A stretch of DNA of 64,000 nucleotides, taken from positions 4,218,001-4,282,000 of the forward strand of contig CM119371.1 of the NCBI GenBank assembly GCA_051294905.1, in the 5' to 3' direction. This document shows, one piece after another, positions 26,158-38,904 of this stretch (position 1 is its first letter; each line of letters starts with the position of its first letter). The notes under the pieces were generated by a model that saw nothing but the letters and a program-made list of their open reading frames with translations, had not been told where the DNA came from and made no database searches. Source of the DNA: Botryllus schlosseri (lineage: Eukaryota). The position numbers were made by a program, and so were the translations under genes.

Positions 26158-27289
26158 CTGGATAATCTGTTCCTAAACAACAACACAAAATCCGGATTGG
26201 AGATCTTGACCAAGCAACCAAGGTCGACTGTGACACCCGAGCAAAGAATACTTTTAGTGGCTTACCCAATGATATTCCCCCGGAAGTTCTCGGCAAGAAG
26301 GTTCACGTTTTTGAAATGGACAGCTTGACACTGGGTTGTGTTATGTAAGTATGACTCAACGTTAAGAGTCACAATAGCCTTTGGTGTATAGGGCTGTGCT
26401 GGATCGATTATCTGGTTGATTTGATTCTGCATCGAGAATTAGGCTTCAGATATTCGAGTATCATTATTATAACGTCGCGACATGGATGATTTTGAAAGTG
26501 CAACTATGTACCTTTCATGAGACCACAAACAATATAATGCCACTGCTGCATCACATTATATGCATCACAGTATAGATAATTTTTGGTTTGCCACCGTACC
26601 CATTTCATTACACTTTGTAACAATGCCGTGGGTCGATCAAGACGTATGCGATATGACCAATCAAGGTATACAGCCTACCTCAGTAGAAATTATCAAAACT
26701 GTGATCCTCATTGATAAATCTCCAGCTTTTCTGAATTATAGTCGAATTAGAATGATTGCTCAGCGAAAGTTTTTTTCTTTTCAAGCAACCGATGAATTGA
26801 CTCTGATTATAAGTCTGTCAAGTCAATGAATCTCATCACAAAGGCAGTGCTATTATCGAACAGTTGTATCAATATAATCCTGTTTACGTTTGCTATTACA
26901 GAGACACAGAAAACTGTTGGTGACAGACCAGAGGCGCCCATCATTTGTAGTAACCAATCTACAGACTTCCATATGACAGGCTCAGCTCAAGAAATCGATC
27001 GATACCAATCCAAAACAAAAGTCTACTATCAATATGGGTTGGTTAGCATTTAGTCACTATGGATCGATTTGCTCTTCAAAATGTATGCTACTTCTATAAA
27101 TCAGACATTTTATAAATGACGACTCTTGCCAGTATGTGAGATCACCAGCAAATTTATTAACACTCGCTATGTGTTGCATTTCTGTGTTTAAAAACTATAC
27201 TCATTTCAACAGGTGAGGAAGAGAACCGAGATGCGGCACCGGTGATGTGGAAAAGCAAACGGGCGGATTATTGGGATAAAACGAATTCG
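26158..27289 (+). pseudogene. PLK1: PLK1-like pseudogene copy 6 (exons C, F, G)
   Basis: C 26158-26344 (LDNLFLNNN..IGDL..ATKVDCD..KNTFSG.PNDIPPEVLGKK.H.FEMD); F ~26890-27037 (acceptor lost); G 27213-27289 (EEENRDAAPVMWKSKRADYWDK, compare [22 protein letters not shown]). Confidence 0.87.
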
Positions 27290-27690
27290 GTAAGGCAAAT
27301 TTAGTATCGTAGTAGTGTAAGGATATAATTATACTCAGTAGCCTACTGATAAAAGGAGCTTAAAATCGAATACGATAAATACAAACATGAATGAAGAACT
27401 CTGCGTGACTTCTCGACTACAAGTAAATCTCGAGTACAAGTAGAAGTAGCCATTTTAAAGACAGGTCAAAATTACTTCAAGTGGAAGTAGGTATCAATTC
27501 TCGCAATTTAAGTCGAGTAGTAGGAAATGATTGTTTCGAGTACTGACAAGACAATATAAGTTCCATGCGACAAAAGGGAAAAATTATATTAACAATAAGC
27601 TGCTCTGAAGCAATGGGAATTATATTTTCGATCATATTTCTCACTGTGAAAAGCAGTAAACCCGGATTGGTCGTATCGCAGCATGTAGTA

Positions 27691-29188
27691 CAGTGGTTCT
27701 TAACCTTGCCCCCAGCGCCCCCCAGGGGGCGCTGGCGATGTTGAAGGGGGCGGAAACGCTCAGGGGGCGATATGAGGGGCGCTGGGCTCAGGGGGGCGGT
27801 ATGGGGGCGCTGGAGAAAAATGGCTTCGCAGTAGATGATGTGGTGATAGGACATATCCTTAATGAGTATTCAGAGCAAATTATCACCGAAAACTTCGTTA
27901 CATATAGCCTTCAAAATATATATATGGTTAATTGTCCATGGGCGCCTAAAAAACTGACACCGAATGTTCATGTCTTGGCAATCTGAACCCCAGAAGACGA
28001 ATTCCATCTGGCAGGGAAAAATTATATGTCAGTGAAGAAATACCAATCTGAAATCGTGTGCGTCTTTTAGTTTAGTACGATTGGGCGACAGGGATATTCC
28101 TGTTGGGCGATATCCCCATTGAGTGATTCTATATTTTTTGATATTGCAGATAGGGGGTCACGAAATAACATCATGCAACGAAGTCATACCAACGGGTTCG
28201 CCCGCCCGAATATGTTTAATTATTAGTAACGGGCCCTACAGTTTCCAAGAAACCTCACAATGTTCGCTTCAAGTTTTGATGAGTCTGCGCACACTCAACA
28301 ACTCACTGCGCTGACCCCTGGACAACAGTGCGTATCGACTAAAAGAAGGTAATAACTTCGGATTTTTGTGCGCAACGTAGATTTTCTGTGCGCAGAGACC
28401 GTGTCAGCACTGCGCACGTGCGCAGCTCAGAGGGAACATTGCACCTCACTCAGCTCTACCGGTAAATGTGTTTACGTGAGCAGAGAGAGGATAAAAATTA
28501 ATCTCAATTTACATGCAATTTCCGATGATATTGACCAATTCAATCATTAATTAGTGAAATATTTCGCGCTTCACGCGACTAGGCGACAATAGCTGCCTCA
28601 GTAAATGGACACCCAATGTAGATACCTAACAGGCTTTCAGCAAATAGAGGACAGCCTAATTGGGGTCTGGGAGTGAAGTCCCCCGGAAGCTCGGTTTATC
28701 ACCCTATGGGGGCCCAGGACCAACGTTTTTTTTGTTTGGGGGGGCTGGCGAAGTGCTGTTACGGCCCTGGTGACGAATAATTGTGCCTGCGGGCACGCCC
28801 GAATATGTTTAATTATTAATTACGTGCCCTTTATCTTCCCATACAACAGCTCACTCAGTTTATCGCGACTTATATGTGTAATTGCCACCTATTCATTCAT
28901 TCATTAAAGAAAATTTTGGTACCTAGGGTGACCAGGCCACACAAACTTTGCTGACAATCGAAATCACGATAGGGGGTTCGTGGGGGCGAAGCCTACAGAA
29001 GTTCGGTTTATCACGCTATGGGTGCGCAAGGCAATCGTTTTTAGGGGATTGACGAAGTGCTGTTACGGCCCTCCCTCTTACTCATTGTCTTTATTACATT
29101 CCTTACATTATGAAGTTTGGGGGGGGGGCGCTGGAGCACGATAAGTTTTGAAAGGGGGCGCTGGAGGAAAAAAGGTTAAGAACCACTG
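27691..29188. mobile_element. hAT (Charlie/Buster-type) composite non-autonomous element
   Basis: TIRs CAGTGGTTCTTAACCT / AGGTTAAGAACCACTG; GGGGGCGC subterminal repeats; perfect TSD ATGTAGTA; empty paralogous site near 22125. Confidence 0.92.
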
Positions 29189-29617
29189 ATGTAGTACAAA
29201 GCTACTCAAATTGCTGAAAATGGCATATCTGTGAAGTTGTGATCAACCAAAAGCATCGTCCCATAGCGCGATGAAATAAGTATGGTAAAAAGGGCCAAAT
29301 AATCTTTGTAGAATCGGCATTATATTGTGGTGTTGCTGTGACATTAATATGAGTGACTCAAAGTCATTACTTGATTCAGAATCAAATCACTCACATGATC
29401 TATTTTAGCCAGCCCTATTTCTTACACATTCAGTATCGAACAGCAAGTATTAAATTAATTTATAGTTTGGAAGGCTCTCCTGTCTGCAAAAACGGTTGTA
29501 AAATTTTACCATCCCTCTAACTCAAAAAGGGTGAGAACCACTGATTTACGTGTGTCCAACAAATATTATTGTTTTTCTCATTCCACCAAACCATTTACCA
29601 TTGATTTTTGTTGTCAG

Positions 29618-32074
29618 TCGCTGATGGAAGTTTTCAAAAGAAGATGCTCCATCCCAGAACCAGTGACCCGTTATCGCACGCAACGGATTCTGATTGGTGT
29701 AGGTTATCGCCACAATTCCAAAATCATTCACAGAGATATCAAGGTGATATTGTATGCAGTAGTGCATTTGTAAATAATCTTCGAAAATTATGTCAGAACC
29801 AGAGCCGACCGATTATTGATTTGCCAATTTGGAGATAAAACTATGGACATTATGTACCACTAACGTAAAATGATTGATGGCACTACAAGCTCTTGAAAGT
29901 GGACTTGGACCAACTACTGGATTTTCAACATGCGCAACAAGAATTAGACCTGCTCACTTTTCCTAATTCTTTACTTGAACCAACGACCATTGAAAATCCG
30001 CTACTAACCAACTAATAGACAACTCGCTGATGATTGTTTGGTTATTAAATTACAAATGAGCTGAGAAATATCGGAGAAAGAATTGGCATCTCAAATTGAC
30101 GAGGTTTCGAGCTTAAAACGGGGGTGGTTTCGACCAACCCTGCCTATACCACTGTTTGGTTGGATAACTCTGAGCCAGGCCTGCAATGATTCGAGTCATG
30201 ACTCGATTCGAGTCAAACTCAAGTAACACTTATTTGGTGACTCGACTTGACTCGAGTCATATGACTCAAGACCAGGACTGTCACTGTAACTTCGAAGAAT
30301 AGTAAAGTCACCACACGATTGGTATTTTGTATATCAGTCCTGATACTGGAAAAAGGGGCCAGAAACTGTTAAACTGAGGAAAATAACAATATTATGAATG
30401 CGAGCCATTCTATATCACTCGAAGAGAATTGGAAAAAGTATATTGTACTGATAACTGAACAGTGAACATAATGACTTGTGAGCTCGGACTCAGTTTTCTG
30501 CTAGTTTACTTGAACTCGGACTTGACTCGATGGTGAATTGAAAATGACTTGACTTGATTCAAGTGAAGACTATAAAAGTGAGATTGACTTATGACTTGGT
30601 CACAACCCTGCTCTGAGCAAGTAAAGTCTGCTAAAATATCGTGCAACAGAACACCGGTATCACGACGACACGCATTTTCTAGTTGTCGGCAACTAATTTT
30701 TTTTGAATGAACCACTCACTATTCAAGATCTGTAAGCACAACTAGAACAACTTGCTTTTATATTACGCAATTAAAACCTGAACTCCTTAAAATGGCAGTA
30801 GTTTGTTGACCATCAACTGCCTGGATTGATAGTTGTACAAATCAATATACCTGAGTAATTGAGTATGAAAGTTGTTTCGACAGCTTGGAATCTATTCCTG
30901 AACGATATGGAGGTGTACATCGCAGATCTCGGAGAGATGTCATCTTGGCTACCAAAGTCGACTTTGACGGCCAAACAAAAAAATACTTTTTGTGGCACGC
31001 CCAAGTATATTGCCCCGGAAGTTATTGGAAAGAATGGGCACAGTTTCGATGTTGAGACCTGGTCGCTGGGCTGTGCTTTGTGAGTATATAAGAACATCCA
31101 TCTGAAACCTTATTAAACGGGGATAGCGCCGGTCTTAGCGGTAGGACTGGCAGAATTCAAGCAACTGAGTGATTTGATTCTGAATCCAGTGTTAGCCTTA
31201 CAGTCCAGTATCTGAGTATCACTCGATGTGACATCAGTATCAATGATGTGGATAGTGCAGATCTGCAATTCTGCATCACATTGAAGATGATTTCGTATAT
31301 TTTCGACCACACCAATTCTATTGCACTGTGTGACTTCACAGACGCTGCCCACCAAATTTGCCTCAATTCCAAACAGCCGAACCGCAGCAGAGCCAATTGA
31401 ATTTTTTAAATTTATTAAAAAAGGTTAAATTTTACTGTTAATCCAATGAAATTGCTAACTTGTCTAAAAGAGTGATGCACAGCAATTTTAACTCACTTCC
31501 AACCCACCCTAGTGGACAGTGCTGCCAAATCTATAATTTTTGTCGAGTAGCAAGGAAGGTATCATTTCGGTGCTCGAAAAAATCATCTCTCATTACTCGA
31601 CTTGCATGATTGTGCCCAGCCTTAGCTATTGCATATCGCAGAGGCTTCTGACGTGATTATCAGCGAGGCTGGGCAAAATCCAGCATCTTGGTGATTTGGT
31701 TGCGTGTTAAGTATCCTGCCAACAATCTGTGCGAATTCGAGTTCTTGTCTGGCTCCATGCTGAGTTTAGATTTGTCTTTTTGTGGGGTCATAAAACCTAC
31801 CAATCGACATTTTAACCTATTATGCGTTTGCGAAGGAAATGAATTTTTCCAGCCCTCGTCACAATTGTAGTGCTAATAATTCAATGTTGTATCATCTTGT
31901 TTCTTTACTTGACAGGTGCTGCTAATACAGAGACACAGAAGCACATATGTGACATGCAAGAAGCGACCATCATATGCAGTAATCAATCATTGGACTTTCA
32001 TATGGCAGAATGGGAAGCTCAACTCAAGAAATTGATGCATACCAATCCGACTTTGAAGTTTGCTATAAATATAG
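29618..32074 (+). pseudogene. PLK1: PLK1-like pseudogene copy 7 (exons B, C, F)
   Basis: B 29618-29743 (SLMEVFKRRCSIPEPVTRYRTQRILIGVGYRHNSKIIHRDIK); C 30884-31079 (..[36 protein letters not shown] lost); F 31916-32074. Confidence 0.9.
30176..30610. mobile_element. hAT-type MITE, duplicate of 23106-23540 at the equivalent site
   Basis: Same termini, same TSD CTCTGAGC and same flanks, so it was copied by segmental duplication. Confidence 0.85.
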
Positions 32075-33061
32075 GTTGGTATTTATGTAATCAGTAGCCT
32101 AATTGATTTCATTTTGAATTGACTTCCCTCTTACATGTAGGCCTACTTGTACGGATCAGAGATTTTATACCATTCATGACTTTCACAACTGAAGAATATC
32201 AAACATTCTCTGTGCAAATCCAGTTTGTCAAATGACATAGACGCAAATCTGGCCGATATCTTGAAGACCATGCTAATCTCAAATTGATGTCAAGTTATAG
32301 AGATATGATAGATCCAAATTACGGCTGTTGCTCGCATGTGACGTTGTCGTGAAGATTTTTGACGCTTGGGCTGTGCAGAATGAATCCAGTGGGTGCATTA
32401 TTTTTCTTGATTCCAGTTGAATAGTGAGAAACAATCCGTTCCGTCACTGCAATCCTGCGCTCCTTATCATTCAGAGTTGATTGATCAATGAAAACGATTG
32501 CTTCGATACTCATGTCCACAGTGCAAAGCTGTAAACCTCGATTGGTCGTACCTCAACATACTTAACATGTGGTACATGCATGACGCATATTACTGGAAAT
32601 GACATATCTGTGAAGCCGTGATCAACCCACAGCATTGTCGCAAAGTGCAATGAACGAGGTATGGTCAAAGGGATACAAAATCGTCTTCAATGTGATGCAG
32701 GACTGGCGTTATATTGGGTGTAGTTACGTATTTGAACTTTCCACGTCATCAACACTGGTAGCCTATAGCATCATAATAAGCGCTACTCGAACACTCGACT
32801 CGAAGCCTAATACTCGATTCAATAGCAAAGCGCCCACAAACTCGATTTTTGACAGCCCTACGTGTAACAAGTCGGATATCAAAATGGCACCATAAAATAA
32901 AATTTTGAATTAGGAAGGTTTATCGGTTCAAAAAATTGGTTGTCAAATTTTACAGGTCCGCCGAGTCATAAAGGTTGAGAACCACTGATTTAGATGTTCC
33001 CAGCAAATAATTTTGTTGTTTTCATCCCATCAATCCGATTAGCTTTGATATATATTTTCAG

Positions 33062-34051
33062 TCGCTGATGAAAGTTTACAAAAAAGACGCGCCATCACGG
33101 AAGCAGAGACTCGTCATTGCATGCGACTGATTCCGATTAACGTTGTTATCTTCACGATTGTAAGATCATTCACAGAGGCATCAAGGTAATAATTGTAGTG
33201 TAATTGTCTAATAAAACCAATCAAGCGGATGCCTGTAACCTAATTCTAATCTAATTTGTCCACTTTTTTTATGTTCTCGTTAATCTAATTTCTGGACTTC
33301 CTGAAATTGCTGCAGGAGAACTGTATCGCGTGAAACCAACCAAGCTTGATGTACAGACATTTGCCATTTTTGTGCTGATGAGAATTAATTCTGATTTGAT
33401 ATGGACTGAGCTACATTCGATGTCAAAGTTTTGTAAATTCAGTAATTCTAATTCTAATCTAATTTTGAAAAATCTGTGTAGCTATCATTTTACTCTGATT
33501 TGAATTAAAATTGTTTTGCCTCAACTCAAATTCAAATCTAATTTAATTCGTGAAAAACTGTGCAGCTATCATTGTAATACATTGATTTCGAAAAAGCTGT
33601 GTTGTTATAAGTGAAATTCTGCTTTATTGTGGATAAAAAAACTTGGCAGCTGTGATTCCAATCGTAATCTTATTTGGAAGAGCTGAAATTTTCTAGTTGA
33701 TCAAGTCTACAAATAGGTTTATCCTGATACTTGAATCTCTTCCTATCGGAAATAATTTACTATTTCAAAACCAAATATTGATTGACATTATAGTTTTAAA
33801 TCCACAAATCTTGATTCCCAAACAATCTCATAAAAATATGAGTTAGTATCTGTGATTTTGTTACTATTTGTGATTTGTCACTAGAATGTTGGCGTGCGAC
33901 TGCTCTCAACGACTCTCTGTAAAGAAAGTGCTGGAGAGCGAGTATTTCAACGGTTACATTCCACAGAAACTGCCCACAACCTGCTTGACCATGGCGCCCA
34001 GGTTCTCGGAAAGCCAACTACAGCGAAGGCGACCTCTATAGAGTTTGAACA
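33062..34051 (+). pseudogene. PLK1: PLK1-like pseudogene copy 8 (exons B, E)
   Basis: B 33062-33185 (frameshifted); E 33885-34051 MLACDCSQRLSVKKVLESEYFNGYIPQKLPTTCLTMAPRFSESQLQRRRPL*SLN with AG/GT ends and an RxxL D-box. Confidence 0.9.
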
Positions 34052-37000
34052 GTAAGATTTTTTTCTAGCTCATAGCAAATTAGAGTTCGTGTTTGATTCG
34101 ATTCTGAATCGAGTATTACGTTTCGAGTCGCGTACTCGAGTCTCATTCATCGTAACTAGAGCCCGACCGATATCAGATTTTGAACCAACACCGATAAGTA
34201 GCACTTTCACCTACAACCCCGATATATTCGGTTGATATTGAAACAGTATGACAACTAGCGTAAGGCACATTTCCAAACCTTCAGAACATTGATTTGAACT
34301 TTAGAGCCGTTGCTATACTTGGACATGAAATATACTATAAAGACTACACTTGTATGCAGAGACAGTCAGTAACAATAATAGCATACTTCACTTTTTTCAG
34401 AATACTCAAGTAGGTTTTGATGTATACCTGCACTAATACTCAAGTCACTCCATATTTTAGACGACTTGTGTACCACCTATGTAGCAGTTCAGTTTTTCGG
34501 CAAAACCAGTTCTAGAATACTTGCTTTAATACCGTACTGACTTTGAAATCGCTACTTCTGCGTATGCTCGAGTAGACATTTACAATTTTACTTAACTACT
34601 TCAATCCTCGAGTACCCACGTGACCACTTGTCAGTTAAGAGAAATAGATGAATATTCCCAATGTAGCAATCGCAAATAATAGTTTTCCCTGCTACCCTGT
34701 TGTGACGTCACAAATATTGCCTATAATTTTACCTCTCATATCCGATATAGGTCCAGCTCTACTATAGACTCGATATGACTGGCCAAACGATATCATGGGT
34801 GTGGCTATAATTACAACTTATTTAAATAAACCTCATCTCCTGACACTCATGAACTGGCAATATCTCCTGATTGTAAAATTCGTCTCTACTCCTAGTTCGA
34901 AACACAATTTGCATAGGGCCGCATATGGAACTGCTTTCTTTTCTTCTCAAGTCCGGGTTAAAGATCCCTAATTAACTAACTAATAGGCCTAACTGATAAT
35001 ATGAAATACTGATTTTCATGCACAAATTGAACTAGAACTACTCACTTTTCAAAATCCGCGACTAAATCTGGTACCCCGTATCTGAATGCCAAGCATTGCT
35101 CGCGGATGATCACCAGAAAGACAATATATCTCAAGATATCAGCCTCCACGCCAGTTTGAATCACAAGCACGTCGTTGGATTTTACAGATTGTTCCAAGAC
35201 AAGGATTTGTCGACATCGTTCTCGAGTTGTGCAAAAGAAGGGTAAAAGCATTTCCTTGTGATAACTGTAATGTCTCTCAAACTGTGGGGCTCGCAATCGC
35301 ATCAGCTCTGTAAGGTTCATTTCTGGCAGACTTTGACAACTAATTGATATCAAGTTTACTGATTTTTGGTGTATTTCTTTCACATCTTTAGTAATTCTAG
35401 CTGTAATTCTAATTCTAAGCACATTTGAAAAAAAACGGTAGCTATTGTTCAAATGTAATTTAGAAAAATTTATCCATCCCATTAGTCGGATGTGAATCAA
35501 GTATAAATACTAATGACTCGAGTCAAGGTGTGAGGCATGAATTTTGTTTGAGTACTGAAATGATACGCTCTGTGCCACAAGAGTCAAAATGATTACTCAT
35601 AAGCCTAGCTGAATTGTATTGTGAGGTAATTTAGCAACAAGAATTATGGTTTCGACAGTATTTCGCATTGTGGAACGCTGTAAACCTGAATTGGACGTAC
35701 GCAGCATATGAAACATGTAGTACAAAGCTGCATATCCGTGAAGTCTTGATCAACACACAGCACTGTCAAAAGGGCAATGAAATAGGTGTGGTCCCAAAAA
35801 TGCCAAATAATCTGGGACTGCACTCTTGTAGTTGCATGGAAGCTCCTTATTTGAACTTTATACATCATTCACGCTGTTATCATGACATAACGAGTTTTAC
35901 GGAAGTACACGTCCTGTCTCGAAGCCTAATACTCGGTTCAGTTTTAAATCAGTCAGGTATTCGATTTTGCACAGCCCTACGTATACCAAGTCAAATATCA
36001 AAATCGCAGCGTGATATGAAGTTTCTAACTTGGAAGGTTCACCGATCTGCAAAATTTGTTGTTTAAATTTTACCTGCCCTCAAGCTCACATTGGTCGGGA
36101 ACCACTGATTTCTATGTACCCAACAAATATTGCAATTGATTTCATTCTGTCGATACGATTAGCTTTGATTTTCATTGACAGTGGCCGATGGGTCTTGACA
36201 AAAAGGCGCGTCATCACAGAAGCGGAGACTCGTGATTTCATGCAACTGATTGTGCTTGGAGTCGTTTACCTTCACGATTCTAAGATCATTCAGACAGCTA
36301 TCAAGGTAACATTGTTTGCGGTGGTTCCAGACAGTGCGAACTGCTGGATATTTGATATGGGCAACTACAACTAGAACTACTTAGTTTTCAAAACTAGTAA
36401 CTAAGACCAGAACCAACGACCGTAAAAAATCCGCAACTAACTAACTAAAATATAGCTAAGTAATAACAGATAATTTAATTTCTGAATAACAAATGAGCTA
36501 AGCAATATTGGAGATAGAATCGGGAATTTAAACAGACGGGGTTTTGGATTTCAACAGGAGGGGTTTCGACTCCGTAAAACCACCCCTCCTTATATCACTG
36601 TCTTTTGGTAGTGATGACTTTGAGTTACCAATTGCTGCAAGATCATCGCACAACAGAACACCAGCATCATGATGACACACATTTTCTAGTTGTACGGCGA
36701 CTGCATTTTTAGTAAAATGCACAACTTGAGCTAGAACTGCTTTCTTTTAAAATACACAAATATGCAACTAAAATAGAACTACTCAAAAAAGCAGCAGCTA
36801 CCGTAATTCGCCATCATTTAACTGGATTGGTAGTTAGTACAACTTTATATACTTGTGTAACTTGATGTGAGATTTGTATTAACAGCTGGAGAACCTCTTT
36901 CCGAACAATATAAAGGTGAAGTTTGAAGATTTCAATTGAGCTACAAACGGTCGACTGTGACAGCCACACTCATTGCGGCAGTCCCAACTATTAATGACCC

Positions 37001-38904
37001 GGAAGTTCTCGGCAACGATGGACACAGTTTCGAAGCGGACATCTGGTCGCTGGATTGTGTTTTGTTATTATGATGCACCAATAACACCATTGATTAGGGA
37101 TTTTTATAAAAATACGTCGCAAGGGTCTTAAATGTAGGGCGGGGCTAAATCGAGTACCTGACTGATTTTATCCTGATCCGAGTATTAGGCTTCAGATTGA
37201 GTATTTGACTATCATCTCTTGTGACAGCATGACGTTATGGAAATTGTGGATAGTTCAAATATGCGATCACAAATAATATAATGCCATTTCTACATCACAT
37301 GAAATTATTTTGTATCGTTTCAATCATTGCTATTTCATTGTACTATGCGACAATGCTGTGGCTTGATCGCAACTTGATATATATGTTATTTCCACTAACC
37401 CTGTACCTTTATACTGCATATTTCTTAAGCTGTGATACGGTCAGTCGAGGTTTACAGCCTTTAACGTTATAAAATGGCGGCGAAATCATAATTCTGGTTC
37501 ATAAAATTACCTGATTGTGGCAAGAAGCCTTTCATTTCAGAACTGAAAATAATCATCTCTCACTTCTCGATTCGAATCATTGTGCCAGCACTAGCAACAA
37601 ACATCCGACTTGATAAGTTGATGCTTGTTTTTGTTTATCGTAGGTATATGCATTGTTGGGCGGTGAGCTACCGCTTGAATGCCAGACGTTGCAGGAAACT
37701 TTCATTAGAAGATTTAATAGACGATTCTACAAAATAATCACCACCAGCTTGTGGTCATGTCAAAAGGTCTGTTATAACTCTTTTGCCTTTTTTTCTAATG
37801 TGGGGATGACCGCGTCAACTTTGTCAAGTGTCTTGACTTCTCGAGTCACACTCAAAAATTGAGTAACTTGACTTGCCTCGAAAAATCGAGTAACTTGACT
37901 CGATTCAAAATGTGCAATGACTCGATATGACTTGCGACTCGAACATGGTGACTTGTTTCCAACACTGACCTACCATGATTTTCACAGGTTGTTGTCTATT
38001 GACCTATTAAAATGAACTACCGTGAATCACGCACTGTCCAGTGAGTCTTTCAAGGCTACATTCCACAACAACTGCCGACCACCTGCTTGGCTATCACGCC
38101 CACAATACTGGAGAGTCAAATGGAGCCTAGTTTGAAAAGTGAGATTTTTACGAGTCTTTAATATGGTTATGAATGGGCAAAATCGAGTGCATGAGTCTTG
38201 AGTATCATTTCAGTACCGCAGAGAATCATCTCTCACTTGTCAATTGGAATCATTGGAATAAATATTCGATTCAAAGTAGAGTACTTGAACCATTGTGCTC
38301 AACCCTAGTTACGATGAGAGCACGACCAATATTGGATTTTTGAGCCAAACCGGGGTCGTAATGACTTGAGTCATGACTCGACTCGAGTCATTGCACATGA
38401 CTCAACAAAGTCATATAACTTATGACAAATCAAACCAGAAAGTGTCTTATATCTGTTTGAATAAGCCAATTGAGAGTAGAGGTGGTCAAAGTATTCATCA
38501 CTGATACTCAAGTATAAGTAACGACGTAAATTGACACTCAAGTAAAACTAAAAGTTGCGATTACCAAGTAGGTAAAAAGGTCAATATACCAGGCGTTGTT
38601 TTGGATTGAGAACCGAAAATTGTGATGAAGAAATGAAATTTGTCTACAATCATAACCACTTGAGTAAGTATTGCAAGTAGACAAAACCTACTTGAGTACT
38701 TTGACGAAGTAAAAGTACTTCTTTACAGAGCATATCTGGTTGAGAGTGAGATAAACGAGTGTATTTAGAATCCTAGGAGTTGAACATGACTAGTGTTGGA
38801 ACTCGAGTCTCGACACTCTGACTTGGACTTGACTTGTTTGGTAAATGAATATGATTGGAGTAATTACCATAGAAGAAAGATTGACTCGTGACTCAGAATC
38901 GACT

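Larger units (their letters stand above)
27490..32530 (+). repeat. Segmental duplication paralogous to ~21940-25330; its distal part, continuing to ~33350, is paralogous to ~595-3930
   Basis: Colinear intron and exon similarity, e.g. 22700-23540 vs 29750-30610, 24340-25280 vs 31360-32230 and 1060-2510 vs 31545-33240. Confidence 0.88.
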
